DNA from: Candidatus Gastranaerophilales bacterium
GTDB taxonomy: Bacteria > Cyanobacteriota > Vampirovibrionia > Gastranaerophilales > Gastranaerophilaceae
Direction: 5' to 3'
Assembly: GCA_947589525.1 (NCBI GenBank)
Contig: CANQAW010000001.1
Coordinates: forward strand, 1 to 47,142
DNA length: 47,142 bases
The translations under genes were made by a program, and so were the position numbers. This document shows, piece by piece, positions 9,853 to 18,859 of the stretch (position 1 is its first letter; each line of letters opens with the position of its first letter). The notes under the pieces are model-generated. The model did no database searches and was not told the DNA's origin. It worked only from the letters and a program-made list of their open reading frames with translations.

Positions 9853-10302
9853 CTACTTTAAATAATGTTCGGTTGCGTCAAGAATTTCATTGAAATCATC
9901 ATCAGTAAGTTGAAGGTAAGGTCTTGCAGGGATTTTTACTTTTTTGCCTCTGCCGGCATCACCTCCGAGTTGATGTATCGCAGCATAATCAAGATTTGAC
10001 CCAATAATTGCCGATTCATCGTCATACTGTGTTGAAATTGATGAGGCAAGTTGACCTGATACTTGCAGTATTTGTCCCGGCCATTTTTTCTGTTTTGTTC
10101 TTTGTTTTTTCGTTGCTTCAGAAAGTTCTGTCCACTTACCAGGTCTACCTTCATTTTTAAAATTTTCTTCTGTTGCAGATGCGAAAATACCTGCGATGTT
10201 TTTCATTAACGGTCGCAGGTCTTCGCCTTTTTGAGCAAGTTCTAACAAGTTTCTCTCAACATCTTTATTATCGATTTTGATTTCAATCGGTTTGTCGCTC
10301 AT
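9853..10302 (-). CDS. Mu gpG-like virion morphogenesis protein
   Basis: 149 aa. ..FKNEGRPGKWTELSEATKK..ILQVSGQLASSI..IGSNLDYAAIHQLGG..IPARPYL fits the gpG family pattern. Confidence 0.75.
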   Translation of the reverse strand: MSDKPIEIKIDNKDVERNLLELAQKGEDLRPLMKNIAGIFASATEENFKNEGRPGKWTELSEATKKQRTKQKKWPGQILQVSGQLASSISTQYDDESAIIGSNLDYAAIHQLGGDAGRGKKVKIPARPYLQLTDDDFNEILDATEHYLK

Positions 10303-11101
10303 GTATTTCTCGTATCGGATAATTGGCGATTAAAAGTTCTTTGAACACTTTGTTTAATCGATTATCACCCTGTCTGTTGTTAATACCGTTTTGTCTTTCA
10401 ACTTCTATCATTTCAAAACCTTTATATAATTCTCGTACTTTTGGAGAATCGTCATAGGAAAGTAAAAATCTGCCCTTTATATTTCCAAGAATTTCTCTTA
10501 AACGTTCGTGGTCGAAATCTTCCGTAGATGTAACTTCGTATCCGCAACCTTTGGAGTATGGAGGATCGCAATAGAAAAATGCATTTTCAAAATCGTATTG
10601 TTTGATAAGTTTTTCAAAGTCACGATTTTCAATCATTACTTTATCAAGACGTTTGTGGATGGCATCAATTTTTTCAGGCACATTCTTTAAGGATTTACAA
10701 GCTCCGCCACTTGAACATTTAACTGTTCCGAATGTATTTCCTTTGCCACCGAAAGAGCGAGTTATCAGGTAATAAAACTGAACAGCTTTTTGAATATCCG
10801 TAATCGGAGTTGAGTTCATAAATTGGAAAAATATTTCACGAGAGCCGAGAAGATAGTTAAATTCTTCTTTAAAAGCATTCGGATGGTATTTAACAATTCT
10901 GAAAAGGTTTACAAGACGGCTGTCAAGGTCGTTATAGATTTCTAAATCAGCCCATTTATCTTTGTAAAACAAAATCCAACCGCCACCACCAAATGGCTCA
11001 ATATATGATTTTATATCTTTAGGAATAAGCGGTTCTATTGTTTTACGCAATAATCTTTTACCGCCAACCCAATTAATCAAAGATTTTTTATCAATAGTCA
11101 T
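10283..11101 (-). CDS. N6-adenine DNA methyltransferase (Dam-like, D12 class)
   Basis: N-terminal WVGGKRLL, EPFGGGG (SAM-binding motif) and the catalytic FFYCDPPY motif. Confidence 0.85.
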   Translation of the reverse strand: MTIDKKSLINWVGGKRLLRKTIEPLIPKDIKSYIEPFGGGGWILFYKDKWADLEIYNDLDSRLVNLFRIVKYHPNAFKEEFNYLLGSREIFFQFMNSTPITDIQKAVQFYYLITRSFGGKGNTFGTVKCSSGGACKSLKNVPEKIDAIHKRLDKVMIENRDFEKLIKQYDFENAFFYCDPPYSKGCGYEVTSTEDFDHERLREILGNIKGRFLLSYDDSPKVRELYKGFEMIEVERQNGINNRQGDNRLNKVFKELLIANYPIREIHERQTD

Positions 11102-11144
11102 TTAAAACTCCTTGTTGTTTTATATCTGTTCAAATAGTGTTTTA

Positions 11145-11903
11145 TTACTGTTCAATTAATCCACTTGCGGGATTATGAGACCAACCAACATCAGGGGAAA
11201 TTCTTTTGCCTGTTAATGGGTCGGTATAAACAGTTACAGGCTTGTATTCGCCTGATTTCTTTGAAACAAGTGCCATTTGTTGGGATAAAGTACCTTCTGA
11301 AGAAGACACGATGCTTTTATTTTTTTGTACTTTGTAATCAGAAAGAGCATTAACTCTACATCTGCATCGCCAACCGTTTGGAGGGTAAAAACTCTGCCAA
11401 AACGGGTCATCATATCGATAAATTAAACCGTTAAGCATTGCGTGTTCAGGTCTTGTTGCAGTATCCATAACGGCAACGTATTCCCAGTAAGGTCGATTTT
11501 CTGCATTATCCACTTGTGTCTTATATCTTCCCGTCTGATAAGCTACTTGCATATTTACGGAGTAAATCGTTTTTAATCGGTACATTGAACCAAGCTGAAC
11601 TTTTTCGGCATTACCTTTTGAATCAACGATAATTTGTTCGCCCCACCAACCTTTCTTTTGGAGTGTTGGTTTAAGTTCTTTTGAAAACTCTTTAAAAGTT
11701 TTGCCTTCTGAAAGTGCTTTATCTAAAGCTGAACGAATATCTTTTAAGATATCTTCTCGCATAACTTTAGCGACCGTAAACGATTTTTTGTGTGCATCTT
11801 GCCAAAGTTCGTACCAATCCCAACTATATTTATTGTTTTTGTTTTTGAAATATTTTATTGCAAGACTCGGAGCAAGTTTAAACAGACCTTTAAGTTGTAC
11901 CAT
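11145..11903 (-). CDS. MuF / SPP1 gp7-family head morphogenesis protein
   Basis: ..YWEYVAVMDTATRPEHAMLNG..DDPFWQSFYPPNGWRCRCRV, the characteristic MuF C-terminal motif. Short at 252 aa. Confidence 0.8.
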   Translation of the reverse strand: MVQLKGLFKLAPSLAIKYFKNKNNKYSWDWYELWQDAHKKSFTVAKVMREDILKDIRSALDKALSEGKTFKEFSKELKPTLQKKGWWGEQIIVDSKGNAEKVQLGSMYRLKTIYSVNMQVAYQTGRYKTQVDNAENRPYWEYVAVMDTATRPEHAMLNGLIYRYDDPFWQSFYPPNGWRCRCRVNALSDYKVQKNKSIVSSSEGTLSQQMALVSKKSGEYKPVTVYTDPLTGKRISPDVGWSHNPASGLIEQ

Positions 11904-13023
11904 TTATAACCTCTGCTAATTTTTTAGCAACAGTCTCAATTACATTTACTGTAACAGCGTTTCCTGCCATTTTGTATAGATGACAGTCAGCCATCCCAAG
12001 AGTTCTTGCAGTTTTTACCATTTCATCCGGGAAACCCTGAAGCCTGAAGCATTCAAGAGGAGTCAATCGCCTAATTCTATAATCGTCAATCGTTCCCATA
12101 TTGCAACTTGTATCAAGTGTTTGAGAACAACCTTTACCGACTCGTCCTCGTCTTGTTTTTGATTGAGGAAATGCTAAATTAATCCCATCTCCGGGACCGG
12201 CTTCGTCAAATCCCTTTTTAGTTCCATTTCTTACTTTCATTAAAGGTGTATCGCCGGCAACTTTTAGAGTTTGTACGGTATCGGAGGCTTTGTATTGATT
12301 ATGACGAGGTTTATTAATGAAATACAAACCTGTTTTACCTCCTTGACCGCCACCGCTTGATGTAATGCAAGTGCTTATTCCGTTAGGATAATAAACTCTG
12401 TTCCCCTGTGAATTTCCAAGAGTTGAAGGTAATTGTGTTATATTGATTTCGCAATTATTCTCTGAATTGCTTCCTGTGAGAGGAAATATTTTTCCGGCAC
12501 ATTCTGTTCCATAACATCCAACAATGTACACCCGTTCCCTGTTTTGAGGAACTCCGAAGAACTTAGAATTAAGTAACTGCCATTGAGTTTGATACCCAAT
12601 GTCGGAGAGAATTTTAAGTATTGTTTGGAAAGTTTTTCCTCCGTTGTGATTAAGTAAGCCTTTAACGTTTTCGAGAATAAAATATCTCGGTCTTTTGTCT
12701 TTGAGAATCCGTGCGACTTCAAAAAACATTGTGCCCCTTGTGTCTTCAAATCCGAGTCTTTTTCCTGCAATGCTAAAAGATTGACAAGGAAATCCCGCAC
12801 ACAAGATATCGAAATCGGGGAGTTCTTTTGTGTTGATTGTTGTGATGTCATTAAAAAATACCTCATGCGTTGTATCAAAGTAATTCCTGTATAATTTGTT
12901 GGCATATTCGTCATTATCGCAATAGCCAATACATTTAAAACCGGCTCGTTCCAAGCCAATTCTAAAACCACCTATCCCTGAAAAGAAATCGAAGTAAGTT
13001 AATTGTTTATTCATCCAATCCAT
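11890..13023 (-). CDS. DNA cytosine-5 methyltransferase
   Basis: FSGIGGF (motif I), GFPCQSFS (IV, catalytic Cys), ENVKGL (VI), QNRERVYIVG (VIII), GNAVTVNV (X). The start is taken at the ATG at 13023 (MDWMNKQ); an ATG at 13014 is also possible. It overlaps the portal stop. Confidence 0.9.
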   Translation of the reverse strand: MDWMNKQLTYFDFFSGIGGFRIGLERAGFKCIGYCDNDEYANKLYRNYFDTTHEVFFNDITTINTKELPDFDILCAGFPCQSFSIAGKRLGFEDTRGTMFFEVARILKDKRPRYFILENVKGLLNHNGGKTFQTILKILSDIGYQTQWQLLNSKFFGVPQNRERVYIVGCYGTECAGKIFPLTGSNSENNCEINITQLPSTLGNSQGNRVYYPNGISTCITSSGGGQGGKTGLYFINKPRHNQYKASDTVQTLKVAGDTPLMKVRNGTKKGFDEAGPGDGINLAFPQSKTRRGRVGKGCSQTLDTSCNMGTIDDYRIRRLTPLECFRLQGFPDEMVKTARTLGMADCHLYKMAGNAVTVNVIETVAKKLAEVINGTT

Positions 13024-14470
13024 CACTCCTTCCTTGCAGTTCGCAGAGGAACATAGCTTTTTGAAGAGTCTGTTCAAACTTTTTGCTTTTTAAGTTTTTG
13101 TCTGTAAGTAATTCGTATGCTTCTTCATAATCATCACAACTTTCAAGAAGTGAAATCAATGGAGATAGCATATTTTGAGCTTGTTTTGAAAGCTCTGTTT
13201 CAGATAAGAATTTAAACAAATCCTCAATTTGTTTTTGTCCTTGAACGATTGGAGTTTCTTCTTTAAACTCACTAAAGTTTGGTGTTGCAGTTGGTAAGAT
13301 GTCCTCTCGGATATCAAAATCCTCATCTTCAAGACCATAATTTTTAATAAAATATTCTTTGGTAAATTTTACTCCTGTGTCTGAAAGGATTTTATCTCTT
13401 TGAGCAAGAGTTAAATCAACATCTTCGGGAGCATACATTTCAAAGACGGGAATATCAGCTGTTGAGAAGTTAATTTCGTATATCCATCTTATTAATTGAT
13501 TGATTACACTTTCAACGAGTTTTTTATCTGCATCAATAATGTCTTGTCGTATCGCAAAATGTGTATTTGAGGCAGCATAACTTCCTGTTGAGCCTATTTC
13601 GGTAGTTAGAGTCTGACCGAGTATGGCTTTTGAAATTTCAGCATTCATTTTATCAATAAGTTGTTCATATATCGCAGCAGATGAGGATTTATTGGCTTCT
13701 TGGATTTCAACGGAGGAATCATCAGGAATAACGGCAATAGCATCTTGTACCATTTCTTCAAGCATATCGGCAAGAGTGTTTGTTTCTTCTTTTGTTGCTC
13801 CACGAGGATGTTTGCCTATAAGGTGCGGCATTCCGTATTTTTCCGTAAAAATAACCCAAAATTTTAGTCCGCCTTTTTTGAATGTAACAGGCCAGAAAAC
13901 TCGTGAAAGAGTTCGTTCTCCGTAAGGATTGTTGTATGACGGATTGTTTTGAGCCAACAAAAACTTTTTATTCGGCAATTCCTCTCCGTAATAATTCTCT
14001 TTAGTTCTAAATTTGAGAGTGTTGTTGTCATCAAAACAAAACCATTCGGGAGGTTTTGCAACTATTTTTTCAGGCAAAATATATCCAGATTTATCTCTTT
14101 TCCATATTATTTCTAAAGGTTGAAAACCAAACTGTGTTGCATCCAATATGTCTGAAATCAATTTGTGGATATCGAGTTGTTTTAGTAGATTTTCAATAGC
14201 TTCTGCTTTTTCGTCTTTATCCAGTCCTCTGTTTATTTCCCATTCAAGCGAGAGTACACCTGATTTACGGGATTGAACACACGCAAAAACATGAGGGTCG
14301 CAAAGCAATTCTTTATATACTCGGACATCTTTTCCTTGTTTGCGTAGGACAATATCGGGATCAGGAAGAATATTGGCAAGCGAATAGAAGTTTAATGCAC
14401 GTTTTCGGGTGGCAATTTCTTCTGTCAGACTTTTTTTAGAATTAACTTTTTTAAGGATTGAATCTTCCAC
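13007..14470 (-). CDS. portal protein (Mu gp29 / DUF935-like)
   Basis: 487 aa, placed ahead of the MuF gene (the C5-MTase lies between), overall DUF935-like sequence. The GTG start overlaps the tail-tube stop (TAGTG). Confidence 0.75.
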   Translation of the reverse strand: MEDSILKKVNSKKSLTEEIATRKRALNFYSLANILPDPDIVLRKQGKDVRVYKELLCDPHVFACVQSRKSGVLSLEWEINRGLDKDEKAEAIENLLKQLDIHKLISDILDATQFGFQPLEIIWKRDKSGYILPEKIVAKPPEWFCFDDNNTLKFRTKENYYGEELPNKKFLLAQNNPSYNNPYGERTLSRVFWPVTFKKGGLKFWVIFTEKYGMPHLIGKHPRGATKEETNTLADMLEEMVQDAIAVIPDDSSVEIQEANKSSSAAIYEQLIDKMNAEISKAILGQTLTTEIGSTGSYAASNTHFAIRQDIIDADKKLVESVINQLIRWIYEINFSTADIPVFEMYAPEDVDLTLAQRDKILSDTGVKFTKEYFIKNYGLEDEDFDIREDILPTATPNFSEFKEETPIVQGQKQIEDLFKFLSETELSKQAQNMLSPLISLLESCDDYEEAYELLTDKNLKSKKFEQTLQKAMFLCELQGRSDGLDE

Positions 14471-14991
14471 TATGCCCCCACATTTTTCTTAAATTTTGCG
14501 AGCATATCAACCATTCCCACCTTGTAAATGTTTTGCAGTACATCAATTTCAAAGATTTCCTGTTTATCGACAATTAACTTTGCGTAAGTTACGGTCATAG
14601 TCGTTTCGTATTCTGCATTTTCATGCGGCTTTATATTCCCCAACGGAAATTCTTTAAAAGTACCGATTAAAAACGCTGTTGCAGGAACTTCGTTAATTCT
14701 TCCGGCACCGTTGTAGGTTTCAAGAGAGGCTCTTACTTGAATCATTGTGGCAAGAAACGGATTTGCACAAGTTCTTAGAACATTAGGATATAGTGCATTC
14801 CATTTTATTTTGCATTCAAGTTTATCTATGCCGGCGAAAAATTCTGCCGAGCCAACCATACCAAGAGCTTTGTGTTCAGCCATTTTGTGTTTGATTTGTG
14901 GTAGTTGTACTTCTTCGGCTCTACCTAAAAGGTTTGTGCCGTTCATGTAAATATTTGCGTTGGTTAATTTATTAATTTCAATTTTGGACAT
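14470..14991 (-). CDS. tail tube protein (P2 FII-like)
   Basis: 173 aa downstream of the sheath. N-terminal ..LTNANIYMNGTNLLGRAEEVQLP..KHKM..G.. is typical of the FII family. Confidence 0.75.
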   Translation of the reverse strand: MSKIEINKLTNANIYMNGTNLLGRAEEVQLPQIKHKMAEHKALGMVGSAEFFAGIDKLECKIKWNALYPNVLRTCANPFLATMIQVRASLETYNGAGRINEVPATAFLIGTFKEFPLGNIKPHENAEYETTMTVTYAKLIVDKQEIFEIDVLQNIYKVGMVDMLAKFKKNVGA

Positions 14992-15018
14992 TATATATTC
15001 CTCGTTATTTTTAGGGTA

Positions 15019-15195
15019 TTAGCGTTTAAACAATGCACATTGTGATATTTCGATGTCAGAATAATGCAAGATGACATATTCCTTGCTAATCGCTTGTATT
15101 AGGGGGCACTTATACAAGTTTTTACAAAGGAAGCAACTGTCGTTTCCGTCTGTGTGGACTTCCAAATCACCATTATTGTTGACTGTTGCGTACAT
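15019..15195 (-). CDS. small Cys-containing ORF between sheath and tube (58 aa)
   Basis: Below the ORF-track cutoff; hand-translated as MYATVNNNGDLEVHTDGNDSCFLCKNLYKCPLIQAISKEYVILHYSDIEISQCALFKR*. AGGAG lies 7 nt upstream, and the ATG overlaps the sheath stop (TAATG). Confidence 0.45.
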   Translation of the reverse strand: MYATVNNNGDLEVHTDGNDSCFLCKNLYKCPLIQAISKEYVILHYSDIEISQCALFKR

Positions 15196-16427
15196 TAAGA
15201 TGCTCCTAATGATTTCAACAGCTCGATGTTAATGAACGACTCAAAAGTTATTCTTTCAGCAGGAGTCGGAGGCATAAATTCGATATCAAAAACAAGATGC
15301 CCGTTAGCGATTTCCGTTGCAGGATTTTTGTCTTGATTAAAGGTACACTTGCCGTCAATCAACGCACCACGACCGATTAATGTGCGAATAAACTGATTAA
15401 CTGTTTCACAAATAGAATCAATCAAGCCGTTATCTATCGGATAATCCATAAATTGGAGCATTGAGTATTCGACTGATTCGTGAAGAATATCGGCTGTTCT
15501 TCTGACATTTATGAAATTTGTCGGATGGGTTAAACTCGGATATGCAGCAGAACGGTTGCCCCAAGTCCTGAAGCCTGAACCGTATGAGTTAAATACGGTT
15601 ACAACGCCGGCTTCGTTTAGGGTATTAACTTCGCTTGTCGGGTCGTTAATCATTGAGGTTAATTGCCGTTCAATACCGACAATTCCCTGTATTTCCGTAT
15701 TTGACGGAGACCAGTGATATCCTTTGTCGACATCCTTGGCAGCAATAACTCCGGCAAGTCTTTGAGAATAAGGTTGCAGTTTTATTGAATCCGACTCCGA
15801 ATCATACACTTTTAAATGCGGATAACAAAGTATTAGACGTTCTGAAGATGTGTTAAAATTGATTGTACCTTCAGGTCCACGACCTGTAATGACATCAGAT
15901 ACGGAAGCTCCAACGGGAGCATCAACAATTCCCATTGCTCTGATTTTATTGCACAGAGTGTTCATTTCTGATACAACGGCAGTTTCTTCACAGAAAACGG
16001 GAGCAATAATTGTTTTCGGATAATACCCGAATAAGGAATAGCAATCTTCAAACGCTTTCATTCCTGTTCGTTTTCCTGTTTGAGAATCAATTCCTCCGTT
16101 TATATCGGATATTTTTACATCTTCAACGGAGTCGTGTTTTTCGGGGTTGTAGACATTAATAACAATAGCAATTCCGGCACCTTGGTCAAAGATAGCTTTC
16201 AGGGCTTGAGGAATTGTAAATCCGGCTTTATGATTGCCGAAATATTTTACTGCTTCGGTTTCATTCAAAATCAAAGTCGGGGTATTAATTGTTTTGTATT
16301 CATCTTCAACATCTTCAATCGGTGCAGTTCCTACAAGTCCGACAACGGCAGTTTTTACCGTTGTAATTGTTCTTGCACCTTTGGTTACTTCAATGGTTTC
16401 GACACCATGTAAAAATGATGCAGGCAT
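15195..16427 (-). CDS. contractile tail sheath protein
   Basis: 410 aa. MPASFLHGVETIE..VVGLVGTAP.. N-terminus and C-terminal ..AGVVTVFN..GFRTWGNRS.. are typical of sheath proteins. Confidence 0.85.
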   Translation of the reverse strand: MPASFLHGVETIEVTKGARTITTVKTAVVGLVGTAPIEDVEDEYKTINTPTLILNETEAVKYFGNHKAGFTIPQALKAIFDQGAGIAIVINVYNPEKHDSVEDVKISDINGGIDSQTGKRTGMKAFEDCYSLFGYYPKTIIAPVFCEETAVVSEMNTLCNKIRAMGIVDAPVGASVSDVITGRGPEGTINFNTSSERLILCYPHLKVYDSESDSIKLQPYSQRLAGVIAAKDVDKGYHWSPSNTEIQGIVGIERQLTSMINDPTSEVNTLNEAGVVTVFNSYGSGFRTWGNRSAAYPSLTHPTNFINVRRTADILHESVEYSMLQFMDYPIDNGLIDSICETVNQFIRTLIGRGALIDGKCTFNQDKNPATEIANGHLVFDIEFMPPTPAERITFESFINIELLKSLGAS

Positions 16428-16454
16428 ATAGTCTCCTTTTGGGTAAATGTTTAA

Positions 16455-16865
16455 TCAATAATTTTGTATATTAGTTGTGGTTAGTGAAAAATTAATGCCG
16501 TATTGCCAAATTCCTGCATTTTCAGAAATGAAATAATCTTTTAGTGGCATTAATTTTGAGCATTCATCGGGTTGAAATCCCGTAAGGACAGCTTTGACGT
16601 TATCTATGTATTCATAGGCTCCTTGATTTGCTCTTAAATTTCTTGTTACGACAGTTATGGCAAACTCTTTTTTATTTTCTTGAGAAATTATTCCGAGAGC
16701 ATTTGAATTTGTGTAATTACTTCCCTGATAATGAACGAGTAAAGCACCTATCGGGTGTAAAAGAATAAACTCGGAGGGGTTATCGGGGAAACCTTGCACA
16801 AGAACTTCGGGAAAAGAGTCTTTGAGTTTTTGTATGATAGAGTTTTCTATATCTCTAGTATTCAC
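16455..16865 (-). CDS. Mu gp37-like (DUF1834-type) tail completion protein
   Basis: 136 aa, positioned between the gp36-like gene and the sheath; family recognised from memory. Confidence 0.55.
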   Translation of the reverse strand: MNTRDIENSIIQKLKDSFPEVLVQGFPDNPSEFILLHPIGALLVHYQGSNYTNSNALGIISQENKKEFAITVVTRNLRANQGAYEYIDNVKAVLTGFQPDECSKLMPLKDYFISENAGIWQYGINFSLTTTNIQNY

Positions 16866-17298
16866 TCATTCGTTCCTTACAGAATAATTTATCAAGAATA
16901 CTCTTATTAGTTTTATACTCCTGAGCATTAAAGGATGAAGTTTCAAGTAAATCATTTTCTGCTTGCAGGGATATTACACCTTTTTGAATATCTCTCAGAG
17001 TAGATATTGCGTTTTTGTATGCAGTTTCAATTACTTCGGGCATTTCGTTTCTCATTCTTCGTGCGTATAGCCTGTAAATACTTATATCTATTGCCAATAT
17101 ACGAAGTAAAGGAAAATGAGTATTGAGAGGTAGAGAGTATCTGCCTCTCAAATACCCATCGATGAGCGTAGAAGAATAAAGGACTGCCTCAAGGGCAACA
17201 ACACGATTGACGGCTTCCTGCCCATCATCAGAAGTAAGCTGGATTAGAGTAGGGGTAGAGGTTTGAGTTTCAATATCTTCAATCGTGCAATATTCCAT
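16855..17298 (-). CDS. Mu gp36-like (DUF1320-type) head-tail connector protein
   Basis: ..IEDIE..LIQLTSDD..IDGYLRGRY.LPL..P.LL..IAIDISIYRLY.RR fits the DUF1320 pattern. Confidence 0.65.
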   Translation of the reverse strand: MEYCTIEDIETQTSTPTLIQLTSDDGQEAVNRVVALEAVLYSSTLIDGYLRGRYSLPLNTHFPLLRILAIDISIYRLYARRMRNEMPEVIETAYKNAISTLRDIQKGVISLQAENDLLETSSFNAQEYKTNKSILDKLFCKERMSEY

Positions 17299-17300
17299 AA

Positions 17301-17639
17301 TTATTGTCCTATTAAAATTCGTATTTCCTGACCGTCAGCACCGTCATCCAAAGCATATCCGTTGATTATTGCAGAGTCGGTTGCTTTAACGGCTTTTCCG
17401 TTTTCATCGGATGTAACGGCATCCCCAACAGAAATTGTGCCGGCTGCTTCTACAAGTAAAATTCCTAATAGTGCAACAGGGACATACTGTTCTTTTTCAA
17501 TTGCAACATCTGATACTCCGAGAGCTTTAGCTCCTTGTGAGCAATAATTTCCGTCAAACCCTATAAATCTGTGTTGCTCGATATCAACTGCGGCTTTAAC
17601 TGAATCAATTAAAAGTGGTTTATATACTTTATTCGCCAT
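17301..17639 (-). CDS. DUF2190-type head decoration/cement-like protein
   Basis: 112 aa, Gly/Ala/Val-rich beta pattern (..LGVSDVAIEKEQYVPVALLGI..VGDAVTSDENGKAV..), downstream of the capsid gene. Confidence 0.55.
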   Translation of the reverse strand: MANKVYKPLLIDSVKAAVDIEQHRFIGFDGNYCSQGAKALGVSDVAIEKEQYVPVALLGILLVEAAGTISVGDAVTSDENGKAVKATDSAIINGYALDDGADGQEIRILIGQ

Positions 17640-17868
17640 CTTTTACACCTCCTTCATTTTTGTTTTCAGGGGGATTTTGAGTTTTGGTTTCGGTTTTGGT
17701 TGCCTGAGTTTTTGTTTGAGTATTTGTTTTAGGTTTTGTTGCAGGCACTAAAACAACGAAGTCAGCAAGTTTAGCAGCTTGTGCATCGGTTAACTCAATA
17801 ACAGAACCCTCTTTGCAAACTTTGCCGTTATGCATAATGGAGGTATGTTTTATCTTATACTTGGACAT
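17629..17868 (-). CDS. small head-region protein with a Thr/Lys/Gln-rich tail
   Basis: The start is moved to the ATG at 17868, preceded by AAGGAGG. Sequence MSKYKIKHTSIMHNGK..., with a C-terminal TKPKTNTQTKTQATKTETKTQ repeat. Confidence 0.55.
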   Translation of the reverse strand: MSKYKIKHTSIMHNGKVCKEGSVIELTDAQAAKLADFVVLVPATKPKTNTQTKTQATKTETKTQNPPENKNEGGVKDGE

Positions 17869-18823
17869 TTGAACCTCCTTTGTCTTTTTCAGGGTCATAA
17901 CTTGGGTCATTAACACCTGAAATTAAGTATCCTGCTTCAGCACCGACTAAAAACGGAGTGTAGATATCAGTTGCTCTTATGTATTTGACTTTGTTGCCTT
18001 CTTTTGTGTATTCGTCAATATTTAGAGCATCTTTTTTACGAACCGTATATGCAAATGACGGGTCGTATTCCGTTCTTGACGCACCTAAATTTGGAACATA
18101 CGCAAGGACAATGTTGTCTTTCCAAATTCTGACAAAGTTTCCGTTTTTATCCGCAAAGATTGATTTTCCAATAACAATGTTTTCAATCTCAAAGATTTCT
18201 TTTAATAAATTAAGGGTTACTAATTTGTTTGTGTTATCTGAAATCAAATCTTTTAATTTGGGATGTCTTTTCAGAAGCCTCCAAGCCTCTTGACCTATGA
18301 CCATAGTATTAGGGTCTTGAGCAATTTTGCTTGAAACGGCATCTTTTGCATCATCGATAATACCTTGAGGGTCGGATGTTGACCAGTTAAAGCAGGATGT
18401 TCCAGATAAAATTCTTTTGTTGTCGGATGAATAATTCTTCGGGTCTTGAACCAAATCGGCACAGGCTTTTTCGTGTTCAAGCTGTAATCCGTTTGTAACC
18501 ACGTTTGTTGCGTGGAGTTGCAGTTTTACTTTTTCGGCTTCCTGTTCTTCCCTATAATCAATCGGATAAGATAAATCGTGTTCCGTCAAAGTGGTTGTAT
18601 GTTTTTTGAAACCTTGCGGTGAGATGACATTTGAGTTTGCACGAATAGCACGTTCAGTATCGTAGATATTGAAAGCTTCTTTGTTAAACTGAAAAATGTC
18701 AATTTTTTCTTTTTCGGAATATATCGTTGGGAACAGGACATCTGCGACAAAGGCATTGTTTCTGTAACCACGAGCGACTTCCGAAAGGTACGCATTTATG
18801 CGTAATTCTTCAAGTCTTCCCAT
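17855..18823 (-). CDS. major capsid protein
   Basis: 322 aa immediately after the protease/scaffold gene. The N-terminus (..YLSEVARGY.N..FVADVLFP..) resembles the lambda gpE-type capsid family. Confidence 0.7.
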   Translation of the reverse strand: MGRLEELRINAYLSEVARGYRNNAFVADVLFPTIYSEKEKIDIFQFNKEAFNIYDTERAIRANSNVISPQGFKKHTTTLTEHDLSYPIDYREEQEAEKVKLQLHATNVVTNGLQLEHEKACADLVQDPKNYSSDNKRILSGTSCFNWSTSDPQGIIDDAKDAVSSKIAQDPNTMVIGQEAWRLLKRHPKLKDLISDNTNKLVTLNLLKEIFEIENIVIGKSIFADKNGNFVRIWKDNIVLAYVPNLGASRTEYDPSFAYTVRKKDALNIDEYTKEGNKVKYIRATDIYTPFLVGAEAGYLISGVNDPSYDPEKDKGGSNVQV

Positions 18824-18859
18824 TTAAACTCCTTTTATTTTTTCGTGGGTAATATGTTA

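Noticed and set aside
12438-12971. A 177-aa minus-strand ORF inside the C5-methyltransferase region.
   Set aside because: It lies in a different frame from the ORF that carries every canonical m5C-MTase motif. It is a shadow ORF.
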